From the NCBI GenBank assembly GCA_964016885.1, contig OZ024743.1:257982001-258046000 (forward strand): 64,000 nt of DNA, given 5' to 3'. Origin of the DNA: Eledone cirrhosa (lineage: Eukaryota). Within the stretch, counting starts at the first letter, position 1. Every line of letters starts with the position of its first letter. Positions 24,160-38,210 of this stretch are shown here, one piece after another. The position numbers and the translations under genes are program-made. The notes below the pieces were generated by a model. That model was not told the origin of the DNA, ran no database searches, and saw nothing but the letters and a program-made list of their open reading frames with translations.

Positions 24160-25110
24160 TGGCAATCATTGTTTATCATTGATTGACCAACAATTAAAAT
24201 TGTAAATATAAATATTTCTTAAAGTTCTTTCGCCATATATATCTGTGTCATCTTCAGTAATTATTGCTATTTTCTTCCATTGTGTTTCTATAACGTTTTT
24301 TTTAGTTGTCTCTGTTTACACATGCATTTGGGTGCATATATTCTATTTGGTGTATGCTCGTGTGTTCATGTCTGAGTCTGCACGTGTTTATGTGTTTATA
24401 TTCCATTCTTGGTCACTAGTGTGTGTTTGTGTGTGTGTATCTATATTCTATCTCTGATCACTAGTTTGTTTATGGTTGTTCCTATTCCATTCATATTTTC
24501 TGGTCAGCTTAGGTTTTCTACAGCCTTCTCATTTTGTCTAATTGTCTAGTCATTCCTATCTTTAGATATTATTCTAACTTCTATGTTATACATTTTACCA
24601 TCATGTTTTAGTCTGGCTCATTCATATAGCACTTAATTGTCTTTTCGTCCTTTTAGTACATCTATACTCTTTCCTATGCTACAGGCTGTTCCTCCTATAT
24701 ACTTCGTTGTCATGTTTCTGCAGACACCCCCTGTATGCCTTATGCTATAGACTACGTTTCTAGCTTTACAATATATTTGTGGAATTATTGTACATATTGC
24801 ACATTTCTTGTTTACGGCAGGTTTTCTTAAAGGGGTAAGTTTTACTGATCAGGGTTTTTATGGTAGTTCCTGGCTTTTCTACAGGAGCAAATCATGGAAT
24901 AGCATAGATAAGACTAGGAAAAGGATAGGGAAAGCCAACTCATGGTACAACAATCAGAAATACCAGTGTGTCATGTTTGTGAATGCAACCCCTGGAGGTG
25001 AACTAGCTAGTTGATATAGAAAGGCCCAAAGGAAAACCTATTTAAATATTAAAGTGGTAGGAACTACCATAAAATCCCTGATCAGTAAAACTTTCCCCGG
25101 TAAGAAAGTT
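24160..25110. mobile_element. Penelope-like remnant with internal inversion (3' part on -, 24160-24875; upstream part on +, 24875-25110)
   Basis: Homologous to 20130-21050 (MFVNATPGGEL; KARNVVYS). GGAACTACCATAAAA..CCTGATCAGTAAAACTT is present in both orientations. Confidence 0.7.
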
Positions 25111-26229
25111 CAAGATTTCTGTTGAGTTTTGGTTGTAATGTTCTAATACTTATATGCAAATTATTGTTTCTGCTTCATTTAGCCTCTTCAGAATGAAATA
25201 ATTAGAGTTCATTAGATTAAATTCATGCTACATCTACTAAATTACCGTATGTATTTGAATATGCGTCAACCCCCTATTTTAAGTCTGAGAAATATACAAA
25301 ACCTCATGTATAAGATGGGACAGCTAATAAACACATAATGTTTAGATGGCACAATTTTAAAATTCTCATTAGTGGAAAATATATTGATAGATTTTTAATA
25401 TTTTGATATTTAAAATGTTTTATATGTCGTTTAGTATATTGTTGTTGGTGTTTTTTTTTCGTTTGTTTTTTCACAATTCTATTATGCATTGATTTTTACC
25501 AAATTCTGACCCGTTTGAAGGCCATATTCATTCAAAACCTAAGAAACAATAGGAAAATGAAACTAGTGTAATATTCACCTCCAAAGCAAACCTGTTGTAG
25601 CACCTCATTTACGTATAGCCTGAAGTTGTTGAAAATCAGCAAAATATTGTCATTGATTTTAAGCCCAACTCCATTTTCCATCGATTTTTTTTATTTTTGT
25701 CACATATTTCTTATCTCATATATGAGTATATACAGTAAATTATCTGAAAGATAGATAGAAACAAGTATACATGCTTGAAAAATAAATTTTAATAAATTTG
25801 ATAATATATTTGTGTATTTATAACCTGCTTTATCCACGATAAATTTCTATGGCCTGATGCCATTCTTGATTCTAACCTATGCTTTGCAATATGGTATACA
25901 TTCACCAACTTTTGTGAGGTGAGGGAGTACTCAAATGATATGCTTTCAGAATACCATCTTTCAAATTCTCTCACAAAGCATTGGTTGACAGTCAAGTTTC
26001 CTCTCAAGCAAGCCCAAGCCCAGAATTGTGTGCTTTAGCAGTGAACCTATAAACCACACAGCCATGACTGTATGTGTATATATATATATATCATCATCAT
26101 CATTTTATGTCCGCTTTTCCCTGCTATATATATATATATATTGTTTTCTTTGTTCTCAGAAAAACAAGAGAATAGCAATGTGTGTGTATTTTCACATATC
26201 TGTTAGTATATATGTGTGTGTATGTGATA

Positions 26230-26560
26230 TGGATGCAGACATAGTGGAGGGAATAAGAAATTTGTACTCATCCAATTCTGATTTTGATGCTACTATGTAT
26301 CTAGAGCAGGGGTTGTTCCAAGTCTTGTGAGGAAAATTGGTTTGACAGAAACTGTGTGAAAGCCCATTGGATGGATTGTATCAGTAATTGAAAGGTATAA
26401 CCTTGTCACATATTGTGTCATTCTGATTTTGGCTTGGGTATTATGTTAAAGATACATGTGTCAGGGGTATACTCAGCCACTTACACAGGAATTCAAGAAG
26501 TTAGCATCCAGTATATTGAACAATTGAATACACTTTGTAAAAAATGACAGAGAGCTCATC
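26230..26560 (+). mobile_element. Old SINE-like repeat (related copies near 49595-49900, 51345-51580, 52430-52570, 59650-60090)
   Basis: Recurring GAAATTGGT(T/A)GACAGAAACTG motif and a decayed tRNA-like head. Confidence 0.55.
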
Positions 26561-26637
26561 ACTGTGTATGTGTGATGGAACTTAAACATTTCATTATTAT
26601 ATTTTTAATAATGAAATGTTTAAGTTCCATCACACAC

Positions 26638-26827
26638 AGGGTGGTGAATTTGCAGTATTGGTAGAGGGTTGGACGCCATGCTTTGACGCATGGAGTTATG
26701 GTCCTTGCCATTCTAAGTTCAAATCCCACCGAGGTTAACTTTGCCTTTCATCCTTACGGGGTCGATAAAATAAAATACCAGTAATGCACTGGATAATTGT
26801 TGGCCTTGTGCCAAAAGTAGAAACAAT
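26638..26827 (+). mobile_element. Meta-like SINE
   Basis: AGTTCAAATCCCACCGAGGTTAACTTTGCCTTTCATCCTTACGGGGTCGATAAAAT...GGCCTTGTGCCAAAAGTAGAAAC. Confidence 0.8.
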
Positions 26828-28011
26828 TATTATATTTTTAATAAAACTCACTGCCTATGATTTTCAAATTTTTAAACTAATGAAATTTTTAGAGGGATTT
26901 AGTAACATAACATTATTAAGCTGGTGTTTGAAACATAACTTAAGGAATATTCTTACATAAAATTGTGATGTAAGGTTTTTAGATAGGTATAAATGATTGT
27001 CAAATTATTTTTTTAAATAATCCAAAGGTTGGAGGCATTTAGTTCTATATCTCACTTGTACATTATTAAACTGGTGTTTGGAATGTAACTTAATAAAAGT
27101 TCTTACATAAAATTATGATGGAAGATATCTAGAATAGTTACATCATATTCCTGCATGTTGTAAGAGACAACTAAAAATGTTGGCTCCAGGAATGGATTCG
27201 AGCTGTAAAACATTATATTTAAACATCTCTCCTACCCATGCCAACATGGAAAGGTAGACATAAAAATGTTGATGATGACAATGAAAATGTACAGGCTATT
27301 GTCATGGAACCAATAGTGGCTCCAGGAGGTTTGGTATCCTAAGAGTTATGATGCTCTCTACCTGAAGCCAACATGTGGATGGTATACAATGTTTTGTCTC
27401 TCTGCTATTAGTGTTTCTCAGTAGAATTATTAACTTTTGGTCCTTCACTTTATATATGATCATTAGAAAGAAATGTATTTTTCTGACATCAACCAGCAAA
27501 GAATGTTATTATGTCAACTAGTAATGGTAGAAAATGTTCTTTTACCAATATAATCTAGTTGAGCTTCAAAGTCTCTCTATTGCTATATTTCACTCTCTCT
27601 CTCTCTCTTGCTATCTCCCTATGTGTCTTTCTTTCTTTCACACTCTCTCTCTTCCTTCAGACTCTTCCCCTCTCTTTTTTTGTCCCACTCTTTCTTTCTC
27701 TCCATAAACTGCTGAGAAAAAATGTTTTGTAGAAAATACTTTCCTCCTTACTCATCATACTGGTCCTTGTCTCTTTTTGAGATACCAGATATTGAGAACT
27801 GTCTTACATTTTTCATTGATTGATAGCTCACCTTCTATTAAGATAAAAGAAAAACAAACCTTAGCTGTAATAAATAATTTAGTGCCATTTAATTGCTAGT
27901 TAGTCAAGTAACATACCTTAACAGTCAAATAAAATAAGCTGAAAACAAATAGAAGTGTCAGAAGAAATTTGGAGGTAAATACCAATGTATGCATACATAC
28001 ACACACACATG

Positions 28012-28047
<36 letters not shown>

Positions 28048-28327
28048 CATTTACACATATGTATATACATATATGTGTAAATATATATATATATATATAT
28101 ATATGTCCAGTAAAATTTTATTTATCTGTGTGAGCTGGGTTGTCACTTTGATATAAACAGAAGCAGGAGAAAGTTCTCTACACTCATAGTGTGTAGTTAT
28201 GATGGAGATAAAATACAAAAGTAATATTAAGAAAGCATTTATGTAAACACAGCATCTTTCATAATATTATTCTCATATATATATATATAAGTAAATGAGT
28301 TCGTCTCCGGAGACGAACTCATTTACT

Positions 28328-28423
28328 TAGCATATCTGACGACCTATCGATTACAGAGTCAGGTTCAATCTATAATAGGTCTTGCCTCGAGCTGATCGAT
28401 AGTGAAACATATGTAATATGTTA
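28328..28423 (+). ncRNA. Type I hammerhead ribozyme motif
   Basis: Stem I TAGCATAT/ATATGTTA, core CTGACGA (28336-28342), stem II CTATCGAT/ATCGATAG, GAAAC, palindromic stem III ACATATGT, GUA cleavage triplet. Confidence 0.75.
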
Positions 28424-28604
28424 TTAAATATGTTATGATGCAACACTGAATCCTTGTTCCTATCCTTATACTATTATAATCTGCTCTGCATGAGCATCGA
28501 GTGCTCAACCGGCATACCACCTACAGTCGCATTCTTCATGCAACCATACAACTATATGTATATGTATATATACACACACACATGTATACACCTGCCATTT
28601 CTTT

Positions 28605-29930
28605 TTACAGAAGAGGGCCATCTCTCAAATCTAGTGCTGAACGTCCATGAGCCCATGAATGACACTGCAAACCTGCCTTGCTCCTCCATGCTTTTTTACA
28701 GATGTGACAACCTTCAACTTCTGACCCTGAACAAAGATGTTGGGCTTGGTGTAATGTTTCCCAGGAGGAGGTGTATATATGACCTTGTTCTGTTCTATGT
28801 TGATGGTAAGCCCAAAGGCAGTGCATACCCCAGAAAAGAGTGGAAAGTCTATGATTTAACCCTAAAGTGTGTCAAGTTAAAAACCTTCCCTCTGCTCCTG
28901 AAATGCAGATACATATTGACATCACAATTCTGAAAAACATATGTAAGTGTCATACCAAATAAGATAGAGAACAGAGTTGATGCTGGGATGTCCTCTTGCT
29001 TAAATCCGTTGTTGATGACTATGGGTCAGGACAGAGAACCAGTGAAGTTAAGCCTCCTTTTCATATATCAATGACATTGTTTGATCATTATTACAGAATC
29101 GAAAGAGCTTCATACCTTTCTAAGAATGGTCCACAGAGCATCCCTATTCACAGAGTCAAAAGCTTTGGTGAGGTCAACAAAAACCTGATACAAAGCCAGA
29201 TTGTGTTCTAAACATTTATCCTGCAATTGGCAAGCTGAGATGATCCTGCCCATTTTACCTATGTCTGACCCAAAGTCACATTGAGTCCAGAATCACTCGA
29301 GGACAGATCCATTTGGTAAGCCTATCAATGGGAGGTTTTGCAAAAACATTACCCACTGCTTCAAGAAGTCTTATTACCCAATAGTCACTACACACCGACT
29401 TTGACCTCTTTCCCTTGAACAAGGAAACAATGATTGCCTCAATCCAGTCTAGAAGAACAGGAGTACCTGACCAAATATCAGAAATGAAATGGTAAATCTC
29501 CATAAAAAATTGTCACCTCCGTGAAGCAAGACTTCAACAGAAGACCCGGTGCCTTCTTAGTGTTAAACTCTCTGTCAGAATAGGATGATCAGACATCTCA
29601 TGAATTATATCCAATTGAGACAAGTTATTGATGATATCGGTGTTAAACTCCGAGGGATTATAAAAGAGATCAGTAAAACTCTCAGTCCAGCATTCATTTA
29701 TACCATCCAAGTCTTTGAAAAGGACAGACCATGTGCCATCAAATTAAGTTTCTTCAAAAGCCCTCTTCAAATACTTGCATACTGCTATGGACTACAATCT
29801 AGACACATCTATATGTCTAGAAAGCCTTTTCCCATTAGATTTTATTCTATGTCTGATGTGGAATTTCATTTTGCCACATACTAAACCATGGTTTGTCCCA
29901 CACACAGCACCATGCATGACCCAGACAGTG
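28605..29930 (-). pseudogene. Heavily decayed RTE/BovB-like LINE
   Basis: Fragments SLFKGKRSKSVCSDY..RLLEAVG, FVDLTKAFDSVNR and C-terminal CHICKKAWRSKAGLQCHSWAH. Confidence 0.75.
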
Positions 29931-30448
29931 CAGATATCCTAAATCTCTCATTTACTACAAATGGCATAATCAAGAATATGCCAGATGTTTAAGTATTAGA
30001 TACTAAGTAACTTTTCATTATTATTAAACTATTCCTTTATTTGTCGAGTTGTATCAGACGGTCTTTTGGCTGCTATTTCTAGCGACATTATAAGCTTGTC
30101 ACATGATCGCGTAATGCTACATGTGTTTTTGCTGCCACAGCAAATGGAACAGTATGTATGATTTCTTGTTCAATTTCTCTTAGATTTTGAAGAATTAAAC
30201 TCCCTTGTTCAGTTTGGCAGATTCTTCAATTATTGGTAGTACGAATAAGAATTCTTCCCCAACATGAAATAATGGTAGGGAGATCTATATATAGGCGAGT
30301 TTAGATAGAATAGTTTTTGTCTATGCTGTTTATACTACCATAAAGTGAGGGTTTTATTTTCTCACTTAATTTTAATATATAATATTGCTTCTCTGAGAGG
30401 TTCCTCTCATTGAGATGTTTAAGTATTAGAGACAAATTAACATTTAAT

Positions 30449-31467
30449 TCATCATCATCACCGTTTTATGTCCGTTCTTCCATGCTAGCATGGGTTAGAT
30501 GGGTTGTCATGTTGTGGGCAGTGTCTGGTCGGCTGACCATGCCTTGGCCATACAGGAACTGATTTTGGCTTGATTTCTACAGCTGGATGCCCTTCCTAAC
30601 ACCAACCTCATTTACAGTGAGTGCTGGGTGCTTTTTCGTGGCGCCTACACGTCCACTTTACAGTGTGGGCTGGGTGCTTTTTTGCCGTGGCACCTCCACG
30701 ACCACTTTGCAGTGGAAGGATGTGGGGGCATATTGTTTATATGCTTCAGCTTGTACCCATGGGAGGTCGGGTACTCTGTATTACTGCGTAACGCCAGAGG
30801 TCACGGTCGTGTGTCTTTGAGAGGTGTAATTGGGTAAGGTCGGCTTTTATCACCTCATCCCAGGTCTTCTTGGGTCTCCCTACTCCACGGTTTCCATTTA
30901 CTTCTATTACTCTGCACCTTTTTATGCAGCTGTCATCCTTCATATGCATCACATGTCCATACCAACGCAACCGCCTCTCCTGCACACAGCATTTGATTCC
31001 TCTTATGCTCGGTCTCTCTCTCAATTCATTTATGCTTTTCCGTTCGCGTATATTACTATTACACATCCATCGGAGCATGCAGGCTTCGTTTCTTTCTAAT
31101 CTACGTAAGTCTTCCACCTTCAGCGCCCAGGTCTCACTACCATGTAACATTGCTGTTCAGATACACGCATCATACAGTCTGCCTTTCATTTTGAGGGAGA
31201 AGCCTTTTGCAGCTAGCAGTGACAGTAGTTCCCTGAACTTCTTCCATCCCATTCTTACCCTAGTTATTGTACTTTCTGAACACCCACCTCCGCTGCTAAT
31301 TCGGTCACCTACGTAGCAGAAGCTGTCTACTGTTTCTACAGGGCCCTCCCAGAGATTGGTGGTAATTGTTTCCTGTGGCTGTTTGCTGCTTTCTGTCCCA
31401 GCACAGCTGCTGCACGTGAAGCCTACATTCTTAATTAAGCTTCCTGAGATCCCGCTACATCTCTTGT
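30449..31467 (-). mobile_element. 5'-truncated family B RTE with complete 3' UTR and (TGA)n tail
   Basis: Nearly identical to 23410-24150. It continues through the repeat module, GTTAGGAAGGGCATCCAGCTGTAGAAA and the tail CCCATGCTAGCATGGAAGAACGGACATAAAACGG(TGA)n. Confidence 0.88.
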
Positions 31468-31469
31468 CT

Positions 31470-31620
31470 ACATGCTTTGACGTATAGAGTCACGGCCATT
31501 GCCATTTTGAGTTCAAATCCCGCCGAGGTTAACTTTGTCTTTCATCCTTACGGGGTCGATAAAATCAAGTACCAGTAATGTACTGGTGTTTACTGGCCTT
31601 GTGCTAAATGTAGAAACAAT
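31470..31620 (+). mobile_element. Meta-like SINE, 5' part interrupted
   Basis: GAGTTCAAATCCCGCCGAGGTTAACTTTGTCTTTCATCCTTACGGGGTCGATAAAAT. Confidence 0.75.
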
Positions 31621-31661
31621 TATTATATATACATATATATATAGAGAGAGAGATGTATGTG

Positions 31662-31715
<54 letters not shown>

Positions 31716-31734
31716 TATGTATGTATATATATAA

Positions 31735-31971
31735 AGCACCCAGCCCACACTGTAAAGTGGACGTGTAGGCGCCACGGCAAAAGAGCACCCAGCACTCACT
31801 CTAAATGAGGTTGGTGTTAGGAAGGGGATCCAGCGGTAGAAATCAAGCCAGAATCAGTTCCCGTATGAGCAAGACATGGTCAGCTGACCGGACTCTGCCC
31901 ACAACAGGACAACCCGTCTAACCCATGCTAGCGTGGAAGAACGGACGTAAAACGGTGATGATGATGATGAT
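31735..31971 (+). mobile_element. 5'-truncated family B-type 3' UTR/tail insertion in (TA)n
   Basis: Matches the reverse complement of 30449-30680. Confidence 0.8.
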
Positions 31972-32163
31972 TATATATATATATATATATATACGTATAT
32001 AGTTATACGTATATACGTATATATATACGTATATAGTTCTTTCCATGATATCCGGAATACATTGAGTTCTTCATACGGATTGGACACTACCGTAAACTCT
32101 TGGTAGATTTATCTACATATATACGTATATATATATGTATGTATTTATATATGTATATATGTA

Positions 32164-32194
<31 letters not shown>

Positions 32195-32298
32195 GTATGT
32201 ATAAATCTATTTATATCTACGTATATATGTATATATATGTATGTGTATTTATATATGTATGTATATATATATATGTATGTATATATATATATATATAT

Positions 32299-32606
32299 GG
32301 AGGCACATGGCTTAGTGGTTAGAGCATTGGCCTTGCAATCGAAAGATTGTGAGTTCAATTCTCAGACCGGGTGATGTGTTGTTTCCTTGAGCAAGACACT
32401 TTGGTGAGATGATAGGCCTGGGGTCCATATCATTCCACTGCAAAGTGGTTGTGGAGGTGCCACAGCAAAAAAGCACCCAGCACTCACTGTAAATGAGGTT
32501 GGCATTAGGAAGGGCATCCAGCTGTAGAAATCAAGCCTGAATCAGTTCCCGTCCCACCCTTGCAAGCAGGGAAAAAGCGGACGTAAAATGAAATGATGAT
32601 GATGAT
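32299..32606 (+). mobile_element. Young tRNA-headed CORE-like SINE, A-type tail, small internal deletion
   Basis: A-box TGGCTTAGTGG, B-box GAGTTCAATTC, TCCTTGAGCAAGACACTT, family A tail. Confidence 0.85.
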
Positions 32607-32618
32607 ATATATATCTAC

Positions 32619-32683
<65 letters not shown>

Positions 32684-32718
32684 TATATATATGTATTTAT
32701 ATATGTATGTGTATATAT

Positions 32719-33196
<478 letters not shown>

Positions 33197-33507
33197 CGTA
33201 TATATATATAGGTATTTATATATGTATTTAAATATATATATATATATATAAATGTATATATGTTCACTCACATCACACCAAGATGGTAATATATTACCAG
33301 TGACATATCAGCATACTTGCATCACTATACTTCATAATTTTATGAGCATCTGGTGATGTCACATGGGGACTGACAATGATATAACCATTGCAAAACCATA
33401 TCATTGAAACATACATTATGCAGTAAAACAATTATGTAAATGTAACGCTGTCTTAACATTACGTATATGTATATACGTCTGTATATGTATGTGTGTATTT
33501 ATGTATA

Positions 33508-33557
<50 letters not shown>

Positions 33558-33993
33558 CACACACATACATGTATACATGAATTATATAAAATTTTGGTAT
33601 AATTGATGAAACAGTTAAGCATGCACAATATTTTTTCCTAAAAAATAAAAATGAGTAAAAAAAAACAAACCAACGTTGCATCTCTGAATCTAATTTCAGT
33701 CAGCAAATATTTTTCAGAATTTCCTTAAAAAATATGTTCATGAAGACCCAACTTCAAGGGGAGGTCTGTAACCAGATTTTGATTTGTCTTTGAGTGCTGC
33801 TAGCAACAAAGGTTCAAAATGCTATTAATGAAGTAAACTAAATTACACATGGTTACAGATGGCTTCCTAGGTGGTTGGTGACATATCAATGGTGCACTCG
33901 GTAACAATACTTAATGTTATTACTGCACTAAAGCAAGACATATATTGCTATATTTAATTTGCATCTCCTCACAAACAGCTGCGTATTAATGCA

Positions 33994-34633
<640 letters not shown>

Positions 34634-34667
34634 ATATACATATAATAGATGTATATATATATATACA

Positions 34668-34707
<40 letters not shown>

Positions 34708-34710
<3 letters not shown>

Positions 34711-36628
34711 AACCAAGTCATACAGAATGGGGTTGTTCCGAAGGGCTGGCGTAGCAGCATCATCATTAACTGTTACAAGGGTAAAGGAAACCTCCCTAGA
34801 TAGGAGTAACTATAGAGGCATTAAATTAATCGACCAAGTCATGAAGGTCAAGGAAAAAGTAATAGCGCAACTAATCAGAGAGAGAATCGATCTAGATGAA
34901 ATGCAGTTCGGGTTTGTGTCAGGCAAAAATACCACAGACGCTCTTTTCATTGTACGACAACTACAGCAGAAGTACCTAGCTAAAAGTAAACCCCTATACT
35001 TAGCTTTCGTCGACTTGGAGAAAGCCTTCGACAGAGTCCCCCGTTCCATTATCTGGTGGGCTCTTAGAAGACTAGGTGTTGATGAATGGCTTGTGAGAGC
35101 TATACAAGCCATGTATAAAGAAACAGTCAGCAAGGTTAGAATTAACAACGAATATAGTGAAGAGTTTAGCGTAAAAGTTGGTGTTCATCAGGCCTCTGTT
35201 CTTAGCCCCCTACTATTTATTATTGCCCTTCAGGCTATAACAGTGGAGTTCAAGACCGGTTGCCCATGGGAACTCCTATACGCAGATGATCTAACGTTCA
35301 TAGCTGAATCAATGGTCGAGCTAGAGAAGAAATTCCAAACATGTAAGCACGGCCTAGAATCAAAAGGCCTTAAAATTAACCTGGCTAAGACTAAAGTTCT
35401 AGTTTGTAGGAAAGATAATAAGGCGCCGGTCCCTTCCGGGAAATGGCCATGCTCAGTGTGTAGGAAAGGCGTAGGTAGAAACTCCATTTTATGTCCCAAA
35501 TGCAACGTATGGGTACATAAAAGATGTAGTGGGATCATATGTAAGCTAACTAAGAACATAGATTTTACATGTGGCCGGTGCTCTGGTGCAATAAGTAGCA
35601 ACAAGTGCCCACAAAATACTAGCTCTTTCAATTGCACAGAGTGTTCTATAGAAATAGTGGACAGCTTCCGTTACCTGGGTGACAAAATCAGCAGTGGGGG
35701 AGGGTACTCTGAAAGTACAGTAGCTAGAGTCAGAACTGGATGGAAAAAGTTCAGAGAGCTTATACCACTATTAGCCGCTAAAGAGTTCTCCCTAAAAATG
35801 AAAGGCAGGCTGTATGATGCCTTCATACGAACAGCAATGTTGCATGGCAGTGAGACCTGGGCATTGTGTGCAGAGGATATACGAAGACTAGAGAGGAACG
35901 AAGCTTGCATGCTCCGCTGGATGTGTAATAGTAATATACACGAACGGCAACGCATAAACGAACTAAGGGAAAAATTAGAAATAAGAGGGATCAGATGTTG
36001 CTTACTCGAGAGAAGGCTACGTTGGTATGGTCACGTAATGCGCATGAAAGACGACAGCTGTATAAAAAAGTGCAGGGCAATAAAGATAGACGGTAGCCAC
36101 GGAGTAGGCAGACCCAGAAAAACCTGGGACGACCTGATAAACTTTGACCTCACACACTTACACCTCTCCAAGACAATGTCACTGGACCGAGATCTTTGGC
36201 GGCACTCAGTAATAGAGGAGACCCGCCTTACCTAAATACAAAGTAAAACCTACTACAGTCAGTAGGCATCTCTAACAAAATACACCCCCGTCCCACCACC
36301 CCCACCCATCCACACCGCCCCTCTCAATGTAAAGTTATGTTGGTGCCACAACATCCAGGCCGAAACAAATGAGATCGTGTAGGTGTCACGACAAAAAAAA
36401 AACACACAGTCCACGCTGTAATGTGGCCGTGTAGGCAACACGGTAAATACCTCCCAGTCCCACACTGTATATGTGGTTGGTGTTAGGAAGGGCATCCAGC
36501 TGTAGAAAACCCGCCAGACAGTACTATGCGAGCAAGACAACCATTCTTGCCTCAAGTGGGAAAACTCCCGTCCAAACCCATGCAAGCGTGGAACATGGAC
36601 CTTAAACGATGATGATGATGATGATGAT
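34708..36628 (+). mobile_element. 5'-truncated RTE family C (RT, PHD finger, thumb; ORF 34727-36235) with long 3' UTR
   Basis: NYRGIKL, FVDLEKAFD, LLYADD and an intact PCSVC..ILCPKC..WVHKRC..FTCGRC finger. The tail is CCCATGCAAGCGTGGAACATGGACCTTAAAC(GAT)n. Confidence 0.9.
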
Positions 36629-36689
36629 ATATTTACATGTATGTACATATACATACATACATGTATATATACATATATATATGGAGAAA

Positions 36690-36852
36690 TCTGGTCGTGG
36701 AGGTGCCACGGAAAAAAGCACCCAGCACTCACTGTAAATTAGGTTGGTGTTAGGAAGGGCATCCAGCTGTAGCAATGAAGCCAGAATCAGTTCCCGTCCC
36801 ACCCTTGCAAGCAAGGAAAAGCGGACGTAAGATGATGATGATGATGATGATA
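36690..36852 (+). mobile_element. 5'-truncated SINE, A-type tail
   Basis: CAGAATCAGTTCCCGTCCCACCCTTGCAAGC...(GAT)n. Confidence 0.8.
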
Positions 36853-37039
36853 TACATATACATACATGTATGTATATATACATATATATACATATATATA
36901 CATGTATGTACATATACATACATACATGTATATATATATACACATATATAAATATATGTATATTTGCACACACACACACATACATACAAACACACACACA
37001 TACAAACACACACACACGCACGCACACACATATATATAA

Positions 37040-37255
37040 TAGTTTCTTATATAGGAACAAGGCCAGCAATTTTGGGGGAGGGGAAAGTCAATTAAATTGA
37101 CCCCAGTGCGTGACATGTACTTTATTTTATCGATCCCGTAAGGATGAAAGGCAAAGTTAACCTCGGCGGGATTTGAACTCAGATCATAAGGTCCTTAACT
37201 CTAAGCTGCAAGCATGGCATCCAACCCTCAACCAATACTGCCAAACCACTGCCTT
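37040..37255 (-). mobile_element. Meta-like SINE
   Basis: TTTATTTTATCGATCCCGTAAGGATGAAAGGCAAAGTTAACCTCGGCGGGATTTGAACTCAG. Confidence 0.8.
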
Positions 37256-37289
37256 ACACACATATATATAATAATAATAATAGTAATAA

Positions 37290-38207
37290 CTAGCAGAATG
37301 GCCCGGCATTGCTCGGAATTCTAAACATTGATTGGCATGTTTATCCCTCCTTTCTGAAAGAGTACAGAGAAGTACGGAAGACCTCGGCCTCGGGATGGTG
37401 TCTACGTTTTGTGCTTATAAAAAAAAATTGTCGTAGATTACCAGGGGTTTAACTTAATTGGGTGCCTCAGAGTAAAATATTCAACCCATGAAAAAGGCAT
37501 TCGACGAGCTGACCATGTATTTGTTGTGCTATGGTACAATGAAAGCAATAGTTACAGAGCAGTAAGCATGTGGGACTGCAGTGGTAGAGAGTGGTGTTGT
37601 CTTACTCCTTTCAATGTTTCATCGTATGTTCACCAATTGATGCAGAAGTCCTAATGAAAAGTGAAGTCGCCTTGGATGAATAGGCAAATAAATTTCCATT
37701 ACGAATTTTCAAAAGCATGTAATTGCGTTCCCTCTCTTTTTTGTTGTTGTTTTTGCTGCCGTTTATATTTTGTTTTTGTGTATACAAAAATATCTGTACA
37801 TGAATATATAATTATATATATACATATATATATTAAAATACCAGATTAAAGTTTAAGCAACGAATCGCTGCTTTCATCCTTAACGGGATCTTCTGAAACT
37901 AAAAAAATCAATCTGTGAACGCAGAAGTAAATATTTCGAAAAACGTTACACACTATATATATATACACACTATATATACAGATAGCGTCATAATGCAGAC
38001 AGTCAGACATACAGACAGATATTATAAGGGCTCGACGTTCGGCGCCTAATGCGGTTCCTAGGGCATTGAAAAATTGAAATATTCTTTGCTCAAAACACTC
38101 ACACCACCATAAGTATTACATGTGTAAAGTTTGAAAAAAATTGGTTGGGTGGTTCTCGGGTTTTATGGTGTCAGACAGACAGACATTCTTTCTTTTAGAT
38201 ATATAGA
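37290..38207 (-). mobile_element. Non-autonomous Helitron
   Basis: The minus strand starts TCTATATATCTAAAAG..(TGTC)n and ends with hairpin CCGAGCAATGCCGGG plus CTAG. It is inserted between A and T. Confidence 0.75.
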
Positions 38208-38210
38208 TAA

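Noticed and set aside
2597-24205. Antisense and alternative-frame ORFs overlapping the LINE ORFs
   Set aside because: Shadow frames with no recognisable motifs.
25490-25640. Splice-like signals on the minus strand
   Set aside because: The predicted exons are tiny, with no recognisable product.
30600-30720. CRISPR-like appearance of 45-bp repeated units
   Set aside because: These are degenerate tandem units in a LINE 3' UTR in eukaryotic DNA, with no unique spacers or cas genes.
32299-32370. Functional tRNA gene at the SINE heads
   Set aside because: The heads continue directly into SINE body and LINE tail without a terminator.
33365-33420. CTGAC-AATGATAT..ATATCATT-GAAAC hammerhead-like relic
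   Set aside because: The core G8 is missing and there is no stem I or III. At best it is a dead copy.
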